Shown here: positions 45,036 to 56,469 of the stretch, piece by piece | Position numbering within the stretch: position 1 is the first letter of the stretch | Layout: each line of letters opens with the position of its first letter | Source of the DNA: the human T2T-CHM13v2.0 reference genome, Homo sapiens | NCBI RefSeq assembly: GCF_009914755.1 | Contig: NC_060935.1 | Reading direction: 5' to 3' (one strand) | DNA: 64,000 bases | Translations under genes and position numbers: made by a program | The notes under the pieces: model-generated | Database searches by the model: none | Seen by the model: only the letters and a program-made list of their open reading frames with translations | What the model was told of the DNA's origin: nothing

Positions 45036-47121
45036 TGTCATTATGATGTTAGCTGGTTATTTTGCTCATTAGTTGATGCAGTTTCTTCCTAGCACTGAGG
45101 GTCTTTATAATTCAGCATGTTTTTGCAGTGGCTAGTACCGGTTGTTCCTTTCCAAGTTTAGTGCTTCCTTCAGGAACGCTTGTAGGGCAGGCCTGGTGGT
45201 GACAAAATCTCTCAGCATTTGCTTGTCTATAAAGGATTTTATTTCTCCTTCACTTATGAAGTTTAGTTTGGCTGGATATGAAATTCTGGGTTGAAAATTC
45301 TTTTCTTTAAGAAGGTTGAGTGTTGGCCCCCACTCTTGTAGAGTTTCTGCCAAGAGATCCACTGTTAGTCTGATGGGCCTCCCTTTATGGGTTACCCAAC
45401 CTTTCTCTCCGGCTACCCTTAATATTTTTTCCTTCATTTCAACTTTGGTGAATCTGACAATTATGTGTCTTGGAGTTGCTCTTCTCGAGGAGTATCTTTG
45501 TGGTGTTCTCTGTATTTCCTGAATTTGAATGTTGGCCTGCCTTGCTAGGTTTGGGAAGTTCTCCTGGATAATATCCTGCAGAGTGTTTTCCAACTTGGTT
45601 CCATTCTCCCCGTCACTTTCAGGTACACCAATCAGACATAGATTTGGTCTTTTCACATAGTCCCATATTTCTTGAAGGCTTTGTTTGTTTCTTTTTACTC
45701 TTTTTTCTCTAAACTTCTCACTTCATTTCATTCATTTGATCTTCAATCACTGATACCCTTTCTTCCACTTGATTGAATCAGCTGCTGAAGCTTGTGCATG
45801 CATCACGTAGTTCTCGTGCCATGGTTTTCAGCTCCATCACGTCATTTAAGGTCTTCTCTATGCTGTTTATTCTAGTTAGCCATTCGTCTAATCTTTTTTC
45901 CAGGTTGTTAGCTTCTTTGCGATGGGTTCAAACATCCTCCTTTAGCTCAGAGAAGTTTGTTATTGCCAATCATCTGAAGCCTTCTTCTCTCAACTCATCA
46001 AAATCATTCTCCATCCAACTTTGTTCTGTTGCTGGTGAGGAGCTGCATTCCTTTGGAGGAGAAGAGGCACTCTGATTTTTAGAATTTTCAGCTTTTCTGC
46101 TCTGGTTTCTCCCCATCTTTGTGGTTTTATCTACCTTTGGTCTTTGATGATGGTGACGTACAGATGGGGTTTTGGTGTGGATGTCCTTTCTGTTTGTTAG
46201 TTTTCCTTCTAACAGTCGGGATCCTCAGCTGCAGGTCTGCTGGAGTTTGCTGGAGGTCCCTTCCAGACCCTGTTTGCCTGGTATCACCAGCGGAGGCTGC
46301 AAAACAGCAAATATTGCAGAATGGCAAATGTTGCTGCCTGATCCTTCCTCTGGAAGCTTTGTCTCAGAGGGGCACCCAGTTGTATGAGATGTCAGTCGAC
46401 CCTTACTGGGAAGTGTCTCCCAGTTAGGCTACTCAGGGGTCAGGGACCCACTTAAGGAGGCAGTCTGTCCATTCTCAGATCTCAAACTCCATGCTGGGAG
46501 AACCACTACTCTCTTCAAAGCTGTCAGACAGGGAACAATTAAGTCTGCAGAAGTTTCTGCTGCCTTTTGTTCAGCTATGCCCTGCCCCCAGAGGTGGAGT
46601 CTACAGAGGCAGGCAGGCAGGCCTCCTTGAGCTGCAGTGGGCTCCACCCAGTTCGAGCTTCCCGGCCACTTTGTTTACCTACTCAAGCCTCAGCAATGGC
46701 AGATGCCCCTCCCCCAGCCTCTTTGCCACCTTGCAGTTGGATCTCAGACTGCTGTGCTAGCAGTGAGCGAGGCTCTGTGGGTGTGGGACCCTCTGAGCCA
46801 GGCACAGGATATAATCTCCTGGTGTGCCATTTGCTAAGACCATTGGAAAAGCACAGTATTAGGGTGGGAGTGTCCCAATTTTCCAGGTACCGTCTGTCAT
46901 GGCTTTCCTTGGCTAGGAAAGGGAATTCCCTGACCCCTTGCACTTCCCAGGTGAGGCAATGGCCTGCCCTGCTCCATGGGCTGCAACCACTGTCTGACAA
47001 GCTCCAGTGAGAAGAACCCAGTACCTCAGTTGGAAATGCAGAAATCACCCATCTTCTGCATCATTCATGCTGGGAGCTGTAGACTGGAGCTGTTCCTATT
47101 CGGCCATCTTGGAACCTCCTC
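45036..47121 (-). mobile_element. L1PA (about PA4-PA7) 5'UTR plus disrupted ORF1 (46116 to 45105), cut off at the ORF2 start
   Basis: 5' end gaggttccaagatggccgaataggaacagctcc; ORF1 begins MGRNQSRKAENSKNQSA; ORF 45132..45656 is the ORF1p RRM/CTD (KRPNL.LIGVPESDGENGTKLENTLQDIIQENFPNLARQ); ends ..catcataATGACA. Confidence 0.96.
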
Positions 47122-48259
47122 ACTTTGCTCATTTTAGTGTTTAGAAACACAGTCCAAATCAGAAAAGCTCAACAAGCCCTGCTATTATGCAAGAGCAAAA
47201 ATATTGAGAAGGAAAACAAAATGGTGAATAAATAAAAGCCTAAAGAAAACTAGAGAGGAGGAAATGTGTGTTTTTCCCATCTGCCCTTATGGAGGAAAAA
47301 AAAAAAAAAAACCCTCTGCAAGGAAGGACTTAATTTTCAAGGGAAAACCTATAAACTGCTAAGCCACTGCCAAGTGCCTGCTCCCACAAACAGAATCATC
47401 TTCCTACAATAGGAAGTCATTTTCACTGTGCAATTTTCCCTCTTCTAGACTTGCATGCTTTATGCCTCTCTTGCAACACTTTATACTCATAGTAAAGGCT
47501 TTTGCTTCCAGGTCTTACCTTTCCATTATGAGAGAAACATTCTTCTTTTTAAGGCCTTTGTGGTCTAGATCAGGGTTATATAAAATGGAGGTTGTGATCC
47601 ATTTGTAGGTTAGGAATTCATTTAGTGGGTCATAGTGTTTTTCTTTAACAAAATTTCATGCTATTCAGCAACCAAGTTACAGAATTTGAAATTATTTCTA
47701 TTAAGAAATCTTAAAAATCTAAGTGACCTGAACCATTATGCCCCGGTGAGTGTATTAATTCTCACTTAATGGCTGTGTGTGCTCTCTACTTGAGGGACAA
47801 CCACCCGTTCAACGTCATCTGAAGATGTAATTACAGTTCAGGCAGCCTCACAAAGTAGAGCACAGGTAACATCCAAATGCTACAGACAGTAAGGACTAGG
47901 GCACCTGGGGGTAGGACAGCCCCCGCTGGGCTGAGTCAGCGGGGAAGGTTTCTCTGAAGATGTGGGGTTTAAGCAGGGCCCTATAAAGCCTGGATTGGAC
48001 AAAAGGAGAGGAGAAAAAAAACATGGTGCCAGCTGGCCTGGGCTGAATCTAAAAGAACAGAGGGACTGAAGGGGGTATTATAATAAGTTAGCCTGGAATT
48101 ATATGGTACAAACTGGTAACCCTGGGAAAGCAAAGAAGGGGCAGAAACGAGGATGGAATCTTGGAAATGTCTTGGTGATTGACTGGATTTTGGTTTGGAT
48201 GTGAAGGTGAGAGAATCAGAAAATTCCAAAGTTTTCTATCCCATGTGAACAGGAGAGTG

Positions 48260-48741
48260 CAACTGACCCTTGAACAACAGGGTGATTAGGGGCACCAACC
48301 CACCCTCCACAACCCACAAATGGTCAAAAATCTGCCTATAACCTTTGACTCCCAAAAACTTAATAGAACATACTATTGACCAGAAGCCTTACTGATAACA
48401 TAAAGTCAATTAACACATATTTTGTATATGTATTATATTCTGTACTCCTACAATAAAATAAGCTAGGTAAAAATGTTATTAAGTAAATCTTAAGGAAGAG
48501 AAAATATATTTATTATTCATTAAGTGAAAGTGGATCATCACAAAGGTCTTTATCCTCATCTTCACTTTGAGAAGGCTGAACAGGAGGAGGAGAAAGAGGA
48601 GGGGTTGGTCTTGCTGTCTCAGGGGTGGCAGAGGCAGAAGAAGTGGAGGAGGTGAAAGGGGAGACAGAAGAGATGTATTGAAAAAAAACGTTTATAAGTG
48701 GACACGTGCAGTTCAAACCCATGTTGTTCTAGGGTCAACTG
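48260..48741. mobile_element. Tigger2a
   Basis: TIRs caactgacccttgaacaaca / tgttgttctagggtcaactg; internal gaaagtggatcatca.aaaggtctt.atcctc. Confidence 0.85.
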
Positions 48742-48829
48742 CAGTAGTATTCATAGTAATGTGAAAAATTCAGAGAAGTTTTAAAAAGAAGTGTTATGTA
48801 ATAACATTAACATTTGCTATAGAAGTTAA

Positions 48830-49253
<424 letters not shown>

Positions 49254-49313
49254 GAGCCAGTTCTTAAAATACTGAAATATTTCCATATGAGTTGGAGAAA
49301 AACTACCTGTGCA

Positions 49314-49334
49314 ACACACACACACACACACACA
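49314..49334 (+). repeat. (CA)n microsatellite, about 10 units
   Basis: acacacacacacacacacaca. Confidence 0.85.
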
Positions 49335-50736
49335 GCCCTACTGCCACAGACCCTTTTTTAGATCTCCAGACCTAAAGAACGATGATACTTCAAAAGGCCT
49401 CAACTCCATGACTAGCTTCTGTTCCCACTGGCCAGTGTCTATGCCATATTGGTAGTACAATACTGGCAGACTGTTGACAAAACCAAGTACTAATGGTAGA
49501 AGAATAACTTCAGCTTGAGCCAGTTATTTGTCTGAAGAGCTGATGAAGGCACACACTGAGATACACTGATGGGTGGAGTCCTAGCACTCAGGCTGCTCAC
49601 AGTCTAACAGGATACCAACATATAAATAAATAAAGCAATGCGATCCAGAGTAGCAGCATCGAAGTAGCTATAAAGTGCAATAAGAGGCACAAAGAGGATA
49701 GTAGTCAGTTACCCAGCCCATGGCAGGGAGGCAAAGCAGTTCCTAACAAGAGGTGATACAAGACCTGAGCAGTGAAAGATGAACAGGAGTTTGCTAGGGA
49801 GAGAAAGGAGGAAGACAAACCATTCCAAGCTGATAGACAGCAGCACTATGTAAGCCACAACCCAATATACTGTGTACAAAATAATGAAATGAAAAATGTG
49901 TAATGTCTGGCACACAGTGTCAATAATAAATAACAATAAATAATAAATATTAGAGTTTTTCTGGCAGATTTATTTCTCTGATTATGTTTTTAAAGGTTGA
50001 TCCTAAAATATATTTGCATTGTCTAAGCCTACACTAGCTAAGCAAGGGATGGGCATTCAAGATATCCCGGAAGGCAGGGGTCAGTCAGTTTGGAATTTAA
50101 AAATAAAGCACGTAAAAATAAATTCACAACATCAATTAGTGTTGACTGCACTTGTTAGATGTGTGTAAGCAAAGATGAGACTTGGTGCTGCTGCAGGCCT
50201 CTCAGATGCACAGATGAGTGTGACCCAAGGTTGCTTAATGAAATCACAGAAGGGTGGTTGGTAAGTGTAAATTCCCATCTCTTTTAAAGGGTTGTTGTTT
50301 TTTTAGAAATTAGACTACATAAAAAGGCAAACCACAGCCTGTTTTAGTCTGCACTGGTCACTGTCATCTAGAGCCAATTGTTCAAGAGGAAGGAAACACT
50401 CAACGCCAAGGAGAAGAGAGTCATCACCGCTGCTTTCCAAAATTGTTGTATGAGCTGCTCCCTCAAAGGAAGAGGCCATCAGTGCTCAGGAAGAGGCAGA
50501 GATTTCCGACAGTTTTAAAGGACAGTGTCTGCAGTGTGACCCACAGTTCAAGCTGCATAAAAATATAAATTCACTGACAAATGATAACAAGTACTTCCTT
50601 ACTTTCCTATCTGCTGAATCACAGCCATTGTTTGGGTTGTAGTTCCTGGTTTAAATTAGATTATTCAATCACAATGATGCTGGCCAAACATGCTGGTCAT
50701 ATGCCATCAGGAAAACTTATCAAAAATATCATTTGT

Positions 50737-51025
50737 GCTGGGCACAGTGGTTCAGGCCTGTAATCCCAGAACTTTGGGAGGCTGAGTAGGAGGATCACTT
50801 GAGCCCAGGAATTCGAGACCAACCTGGGCAACCTGTAGAAACCCCATCTCTACAAAAAAATACAAAAATTAGCCAGGCATAATGGTCATACCTGTAGTCA
50901 AGCTCCTCAGGAAGCTGAGATGGGAGAACTGATTGAGCCCGGGATGTCGAGGCTGCAGTGAGCCATGATCACACCAGTGCACTCCCACCTGGGAGTGAGA
51001 CCCTGTCTCAACAACTACAAAAAAT
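50737..51025 (+). mobile_element. AluJ
   Basis: ggatcacttgagcccagga; gaggctgcagtgagccatgatcacacc. Confidence 0.9.
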
Positions 51026-51144
51026 CCAGTTGTGTCAAGTCTTAAACATATAAACACACATACTTTTGCACTAATAAAATTTAATCTGTACCAAGGCACC
51101 TTTTAACACCCTTTTTTCCCTCCTTCTGAAGACCACAAATGTTC

Positions 51145-51375
51145 TGATGTAGTGGAAAAAGAAGAGAATTTGCAGACAGACCTGACTTTCAGTGCCATCT
51201 TGGCCATTTATTAGCTACTTAACCAAGTTCATGGCTTTCAGCTTGTTTTCTCAAATGCAGAATGAAAAAAATAACACCTACCAGAGGAGTCTTGTAATGA
51301 TTTAGTTGGATAATACATATGTGCAACTGCCCAGCAGCAAGGGCCTGCAGGAAGTAAAGGCTTGATTTATTACTA
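51145..51375 (+). mobile_element. MIR hosting the PRCP cassette exon
   Basis: cagacagacctg..ttggccatttattagct..cagcttgttttctcaaatgcagaatgaaaaaaataacacctacc.gagga.tcttgtaatgattta.ttggataatacatatg follows the MIR consensus. Confidence 0.7.
51282..51344 (-). CDS. PRCP: PRCP alternative (cassette) coding exon, 63 nt, encoding ALAAGQLHICIIQLNHYKTPL, MIR-derived
   Basis: Minus strand reads cctttacttcctgcag|GCCCTTGCT...ACTCCTCTG|gtaggt: polypyrimidine tract plus AG, GT donor, 21 open codons, phase 0/0. Matches my recollection of the 21-aa insert of the longer PRCP isoform. Confidence 0.85.
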
Positions 51376-52754
51376 ATATATTTTGAAAGGTTTTACTAGC
51401 ACACACCTCCCAGCTCAAACAATATATGCCATCAGTGCTCAATATTGTCATGTGAAAGAAAAAATATGATATAAAACTTCAGCAATTTGTTCTGAGTGGT
51501 CACTTAAGAAACCATGACTTGCAAAGTAAAATTACTTTTTTAATGGCAGCTATCTTGGAACAGATAACAGAAACAGGGTAGTGTCTTCGTGACAGTAAGA
51601 ACCTCTTATACACCAAATATGATGTGGCCTGGTATATGACATGTTTTTCTTTTTCCTTTCTGTTCAGTTATAGTCACCAATGCTGTGACATGTGTAATAT
51701 ATATTTAATATACATTCCTCATTGTATAAATAACTGAGCTATGAGGAATGGTACATATTGCAGAAATATAACATGAGTGCTTTGGATATTTTATTTTTTA
51801 AATAACCTGTGACATCACTTTCATTGTTCCACATACTGAAGATTATAAACCCACATCTCAAGGGACTATTTATTTCCCCTTAGATGGCAGAATAATACAA
51901 CTACAATCATGGTCCAAACAGCCAGGCTTCTCATAAATGTGGTTAAGGAGACTAGCTTAAATTTTCAGTCTAATATCCTTTTAAATTATACACTTTATTA
52001 AATAGAAGAACGCATTTTTATTCTAAACAACATGTTAAAAATAAGACCAGTCTCCAGGCTTTTAAAGAAAACAAAATACTTAGGTATAGTTCATCAGATT
52101 TGACTCCCTAGTCTAAGAGCTGGTAGACTTTCAAAAGCAGAATGCAAGATAGGGACATGCAAGGACCTTTCACTCTTCCAAGAGTGAAAGATGAATACAT
52201 GGCAGTGACCAGTCCATGCAGCATGGATTAGAGACTTTTACACAAACTCTATAACTTATTCCAAGCCAAATTTTATACTCAAGTTGTTGGGAAAGCTTAA
52301 AATGGATAATTTGCTCATGGACTGAGCACCAAGCTTCAGGAGAGAAAGTTCTATAGTAGTGACTTCACTCCTGCCTCACCAAAGATGTATCTTCCTTTAT
52401 TCCCTTGGATAGGACCTTTTTGTGATAGTCAATGGAGGTCTCTTAACATCCTTCACTCAATGAATATATAGAGCTATCCAAAATAACTCATAGAGTTATT
52501 TTAGAAGTTTTCATAGTCCCCTTCTGATGCTAACATAGTTCCCATTAATTTAAATCTCTTCTTTCTGTAACACAAAGTCAAAGTCAGAAGAAAGTTCTGT
52601 ATAATTGAAATCTCCATTATATTTTTGCTGTCCAAAATTACCCAACCTGGTGTTAGGAGAACTAAAATTCTGCTTATTCTTCAACTTTATTACTGTCTAA
52701 TATGGGTTAATATCTCTAAATCAGCCATGAACTTCCTGAATTTTTTTAATTCTT

Positions 52755-53042
52755 AAATTTTTTGACAGGGTGTCATTCTGTCGCCCATGCTGGAGTACAG
52801 TGGTTCAATCATAGCTCTCTGCAGCCTTGACCTCCTAGGCTCAAGTGATCCTCCTGCCTCAGCCTCCCAAGTAGCTGAGACCACAGGTGCACACCACCAT
52901 GCCTGGCTAATTTTTGTATTTTTTTAAAGACAGGGTCTTGCTTTCTTGCTCATGCTAGTCTCAAACTCCTGGTCTCAAGTGATCCTCCTACCTCAGCCTC
53001 TCAAAGTGCTGGAATTACAGGTGTGAACCAACATGTTTGGTT
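52755..53042 (-). mobile_element. AluJ
   Basis: atcatagctctctgcagccttgacctcctaggctcaagtgatcctcc. Confidence 0.9.
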
Positions 53043-53439
53043 GAACTACATGAATTAAATATAAGCCATGAATTGTAAAACCTTCTGTCTATTTCTGAAA
53101 TATGAGGCAACATGGTACAAGGGCTGTGATGCTGACAGAGCCAGGTTTAAATCCTGGCTCTATCACTTATCAGCTGTGCAATCATGCATAAATCACTTCA
53201 GCCTCTGAGCCCTTTTTCCTCTATAAAATTGTAGTAACTCCCTACAGGGTAAAAGATAAATATGCATTTATTCAGTGCCATCACAAGATGAATACAAAAC
53301 AACCATACTCTGATCAACTGTGTTCTGTCCCACACCATCTCAACACCAAGCTATGCTCTTAAAGTCAATGAAAGCTACAGAGAAGGAATATCCACACCGT
53401 GTGTATGTAAATGGAAATAATGACAATACTGACCTCACA

Positions 53440-53870
53440 GTGTTGGAAGCCCACCTCCAAGGTCATCATCTTTGACCCTCCCATCTCAGTCTTACTGACC
53501 TCTTTTCAGTTCCTCCAACACAGCCTGGTCTTTCCTACCTTAGGATCTTGTACATGATATACCTTCTACCTTGACAGAAATCTTTATCATCTCCCTTCTT
53601 CTAGTTCACTCCTAATCATCTTTCTGGTCTCTCCTTTAACATCATTACCATCTATAGGATTCCCTAATACTCCAGACTTAGGATCCCATTATAGACATCT
53701 CATACTTCCTTAAAGCATACATCACACCTTTAATTACTTGTGACTATCTTCTTTCTCACTAAACTGTAAGCTGCATGAGGCCTATGTTTGCTCTCCATTT
53801 ATCCCTAGCTATTAACTCGGAGTATGGCACAAAGGAAGAGTTCAACAAATATTTTTAAATGAATGTATGA
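53440..53870 (+). mobile_element. L2 3' portion
   Basis: actaaactgtaagctgcatgagg..ggcaca..ttcaacaaatatttttaaatgaatg. Confidence 0.65.
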
Positions 53871-53939
53871 CTGTGCTGTTTTACTGTGTAACTGTTAGGT
53901 ATTATATCAACTATCATAGAGTGATACTTCATTGTTATC

Positions 53940-54640
53940 TGTTGGAGCTCAGAAAACAATACCCCAAAGTATTGATACTATGTCAACTATCATAGAGTGA
54001 TACTTACTGTTATCAAAGTATTGTTCCTTGGGAGTACTTTGAACTGAAGAACACTGGAAGAGTCTCAGAAGCAAAGTCTCTTTCCCTCTTCTGTCTTTCT
54101 CTCTCCTACTCCTCTTTCTCCCCCAAGGCAGGTCATAGAAACTAGGACCCTTCTTCCTGAAAGCCAGCCATGAAGCCTAAAAATACTAAATCTAACCTTC
54201 CCCTTCCTTTCTGTATAGGAGCTGGTTACAAAGAAATTATCTGACCTACCTTGTCCCATAGTTGATCTTAAGACCGTCATTCCAAAAGGGGTCTGACACT
54301 ACATCCAGGAGGAAAGAATGCCACACAGAGACCAAGAAGAATCAGAACAGATAGACCTTGCTGAGTTTCCCCATTCAGACTATTACCACTAGGATCTTTC
54401 CCTTTTTGTTCCATCACTTTTCTACAGGACTGTCCATTCTTCATCAAACGTAAGCCTAAAAATGAAGAGTTTCCCCTGAGTTTTTTGGGTCTTCATTTCT
54501 GAAGACTCCCATATCACATAAAACTGTGCTTAAATACACTTGTTATGCTTTTCTCTTGTTAAACTGTATTTTATTATAGGGGCATTGACCATGACCCTTA
54601 TGATGGGTGAGAAAAAGTATCGCACCTTTCTGCCCATACA
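53940..54640 (+). mobile_element. ERV1 solo LTR (MER31-like)
   Basis: tgttggagctcagaaaacaataccccaaa start; ccccaaggcaggtcatagaaactag; aagaaattatctgacctacc; gggtcttcatttctgaag; ends ..cccataca. Confidence 0.75.
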
Positions 54641-55531
54641 TACCGTACAACCAAATTGCAGGGCTGCTCAGAGAAAGCTTCTAAGAAAATCTGCCTTTAA
54701 CAAATCTGTTTCTCCTAACCTGTGTGGTCAATCTGCACCATATGAGCAGCAGGAAAGACAGCATCATGGGCTTGACAGAGACACAGCTGCTGCTTCTCTC
54801 CAGCCGCAGCACCACAGGGCAACCTGAACTAACATGTATGCCATAGAAAGTAAGGATTTACAAATATACACAGTTAACTGGCTTCCACTTGCAAATGAAA
54901 AACCGAAATCATAAAAAGTTTACTTTAACACTCCAATAATAAATACAGGTGGTACACAATTACCACAGAAGTAGCCTGTAAGGAGACATTCCTCTTGTGT
55001 TCATTCTCCATCCCAGCCCTCGCCCATACACAAAACAAAGAAAAAACAAGAAATGCAGCATTCCCTCCCTTAATCCTTTCTCTGTAGATATGTTGGGAGA
55101 AGGAAAAGCACAAACTTCTAGCCACAGCTTCCAGACCCCAAAATAAGAAAATTAAAACAGGTAGGTCTGTCTTTATCTGACATTCTATCATGCTCTCCAA
55201 AGGATGTGAGACAGCTAGGATCCAAGTTTCCTTAACCTTCCCCTCCTCCATATACACACACCTTCCTTACCTCAGTGTGTAGAAAAATGGGAGAGAAGGA
55301 GGGGGAAAGATAGAGATTCATCAGATTTGTGAAAATAATACTCTAGGAAAAACAATGTCACATGTGCTATGGAGGAGTATGGATGTTTACAAGACAGGAT
55401 TCCTGCTTTAAATGTAGAATAAGAGAGGAGTATAAAAGATTATATATAACACAAGGCTAGAATAAGACATGTGCCATAAAAGTACAAAAAAAGATTTGAC
55501 CAATCACACACTGTCCAGGAGATTTAAAAAT

Positions 55532-55848
55532 GGGCTGGGTGCAGTGGCTCCCACCTGTAATCCCAACACTTTGTGAGGTACAGGTGGAAGGAAAGATCAC
55601 TTGAGGCCAGAAGTTCAAGACCAGCCTGGGCAACATAGCAAGACCCCATTTCTTTTTTTTAAAAAAAATAGCCAGGCATGGTGGCACAAGCCTTTAGTCT
55701 CAGCTACTCAAGAGCCTGAGGCAGGAGGTTCACCTGAGCCCGGGAGTTTGAGGCCAAGTCTGCAGTGGGCTATGATCACAACACTGCACTCCAGCCTGGG
55801 TGACAGAGCAAGACTCTGTCTCAAAAAAAAAACCAACAAAATAAAAAA
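55532..55848 (+). mobile_element. AluJ
   Basis: gatcacttgaggccagaagttcaagaccagcctgggcaacatagcaagacccc dimer. Confidence 0.9.
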
Positions 55849-56065
55849 GAGGAAGAAGAAGAAGGAGAAGGAGGAGGGATGGAGGAAGGAGGGGGAGGAA
55901 GAGAAAGAAAGAAGAGGAAGAGGAAGCGAGAAGAAGGAGAAGGATGACAGCTCCTGGAGGAGGCAGAGGCAGAAGCAGCAGAGGAAGCTGCAGAAGCAGC
56001 AGCAGAAGACGCAGCAGCAGGAGCAGCAGAAGCAGAAGAAAAAAAACAGCTCCTGGAGGAGGCAG
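55849..56065 (+). repeat. GA-rich tract followed by an imperfect (GCA/GAA)n triplet repeat
   Basis: gaggaagaagaagaaggagaag... then gcagaagcagcagaggaagctgcagaagcagcagca. Confidence 0.9.
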
Positions 56066-56469
56066 TGTTAGAGGTAGGGGTTAAAAAATGGAATGGGATT
56101 GATAAAAGAGGTAAGGCCCATGGGAGAGAGAGATTCCAGGCAAAGGGAACAATGTGGATTAACACATAGACAGGAAAGGAATGGGCATATGTGGTGAATA
56201 GATAAGCAAAATGGAAAGGCAGTTAGGGCCATAGATTGAAAGGCCTTAAATGCTACAGGATTTTGTTCTTAATAAAGCAAACAATAAAGAGTCGCAGTTT
56301 CTGAAAAGAACAGTGATTCAACTGGAGGAGAGGTGATTTATGTGACAACCCATGGGAGCTGTACCGGAGGGGGAAACTGCAGGAAGCTAGGAAGACCAAC
56401 TGGTTTACTCTTCTAGTAGTCAGGGGAGGCGGTAATAGGGGCTGCAAAAAGGGGCTGTAATCACTCCCT

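Noticed and set aside
45132-45656. Functional L1 ORF1p
   Set aside because: ORF1 has frameshifts, a deletion and a premature stop, and ORF2 is absent.
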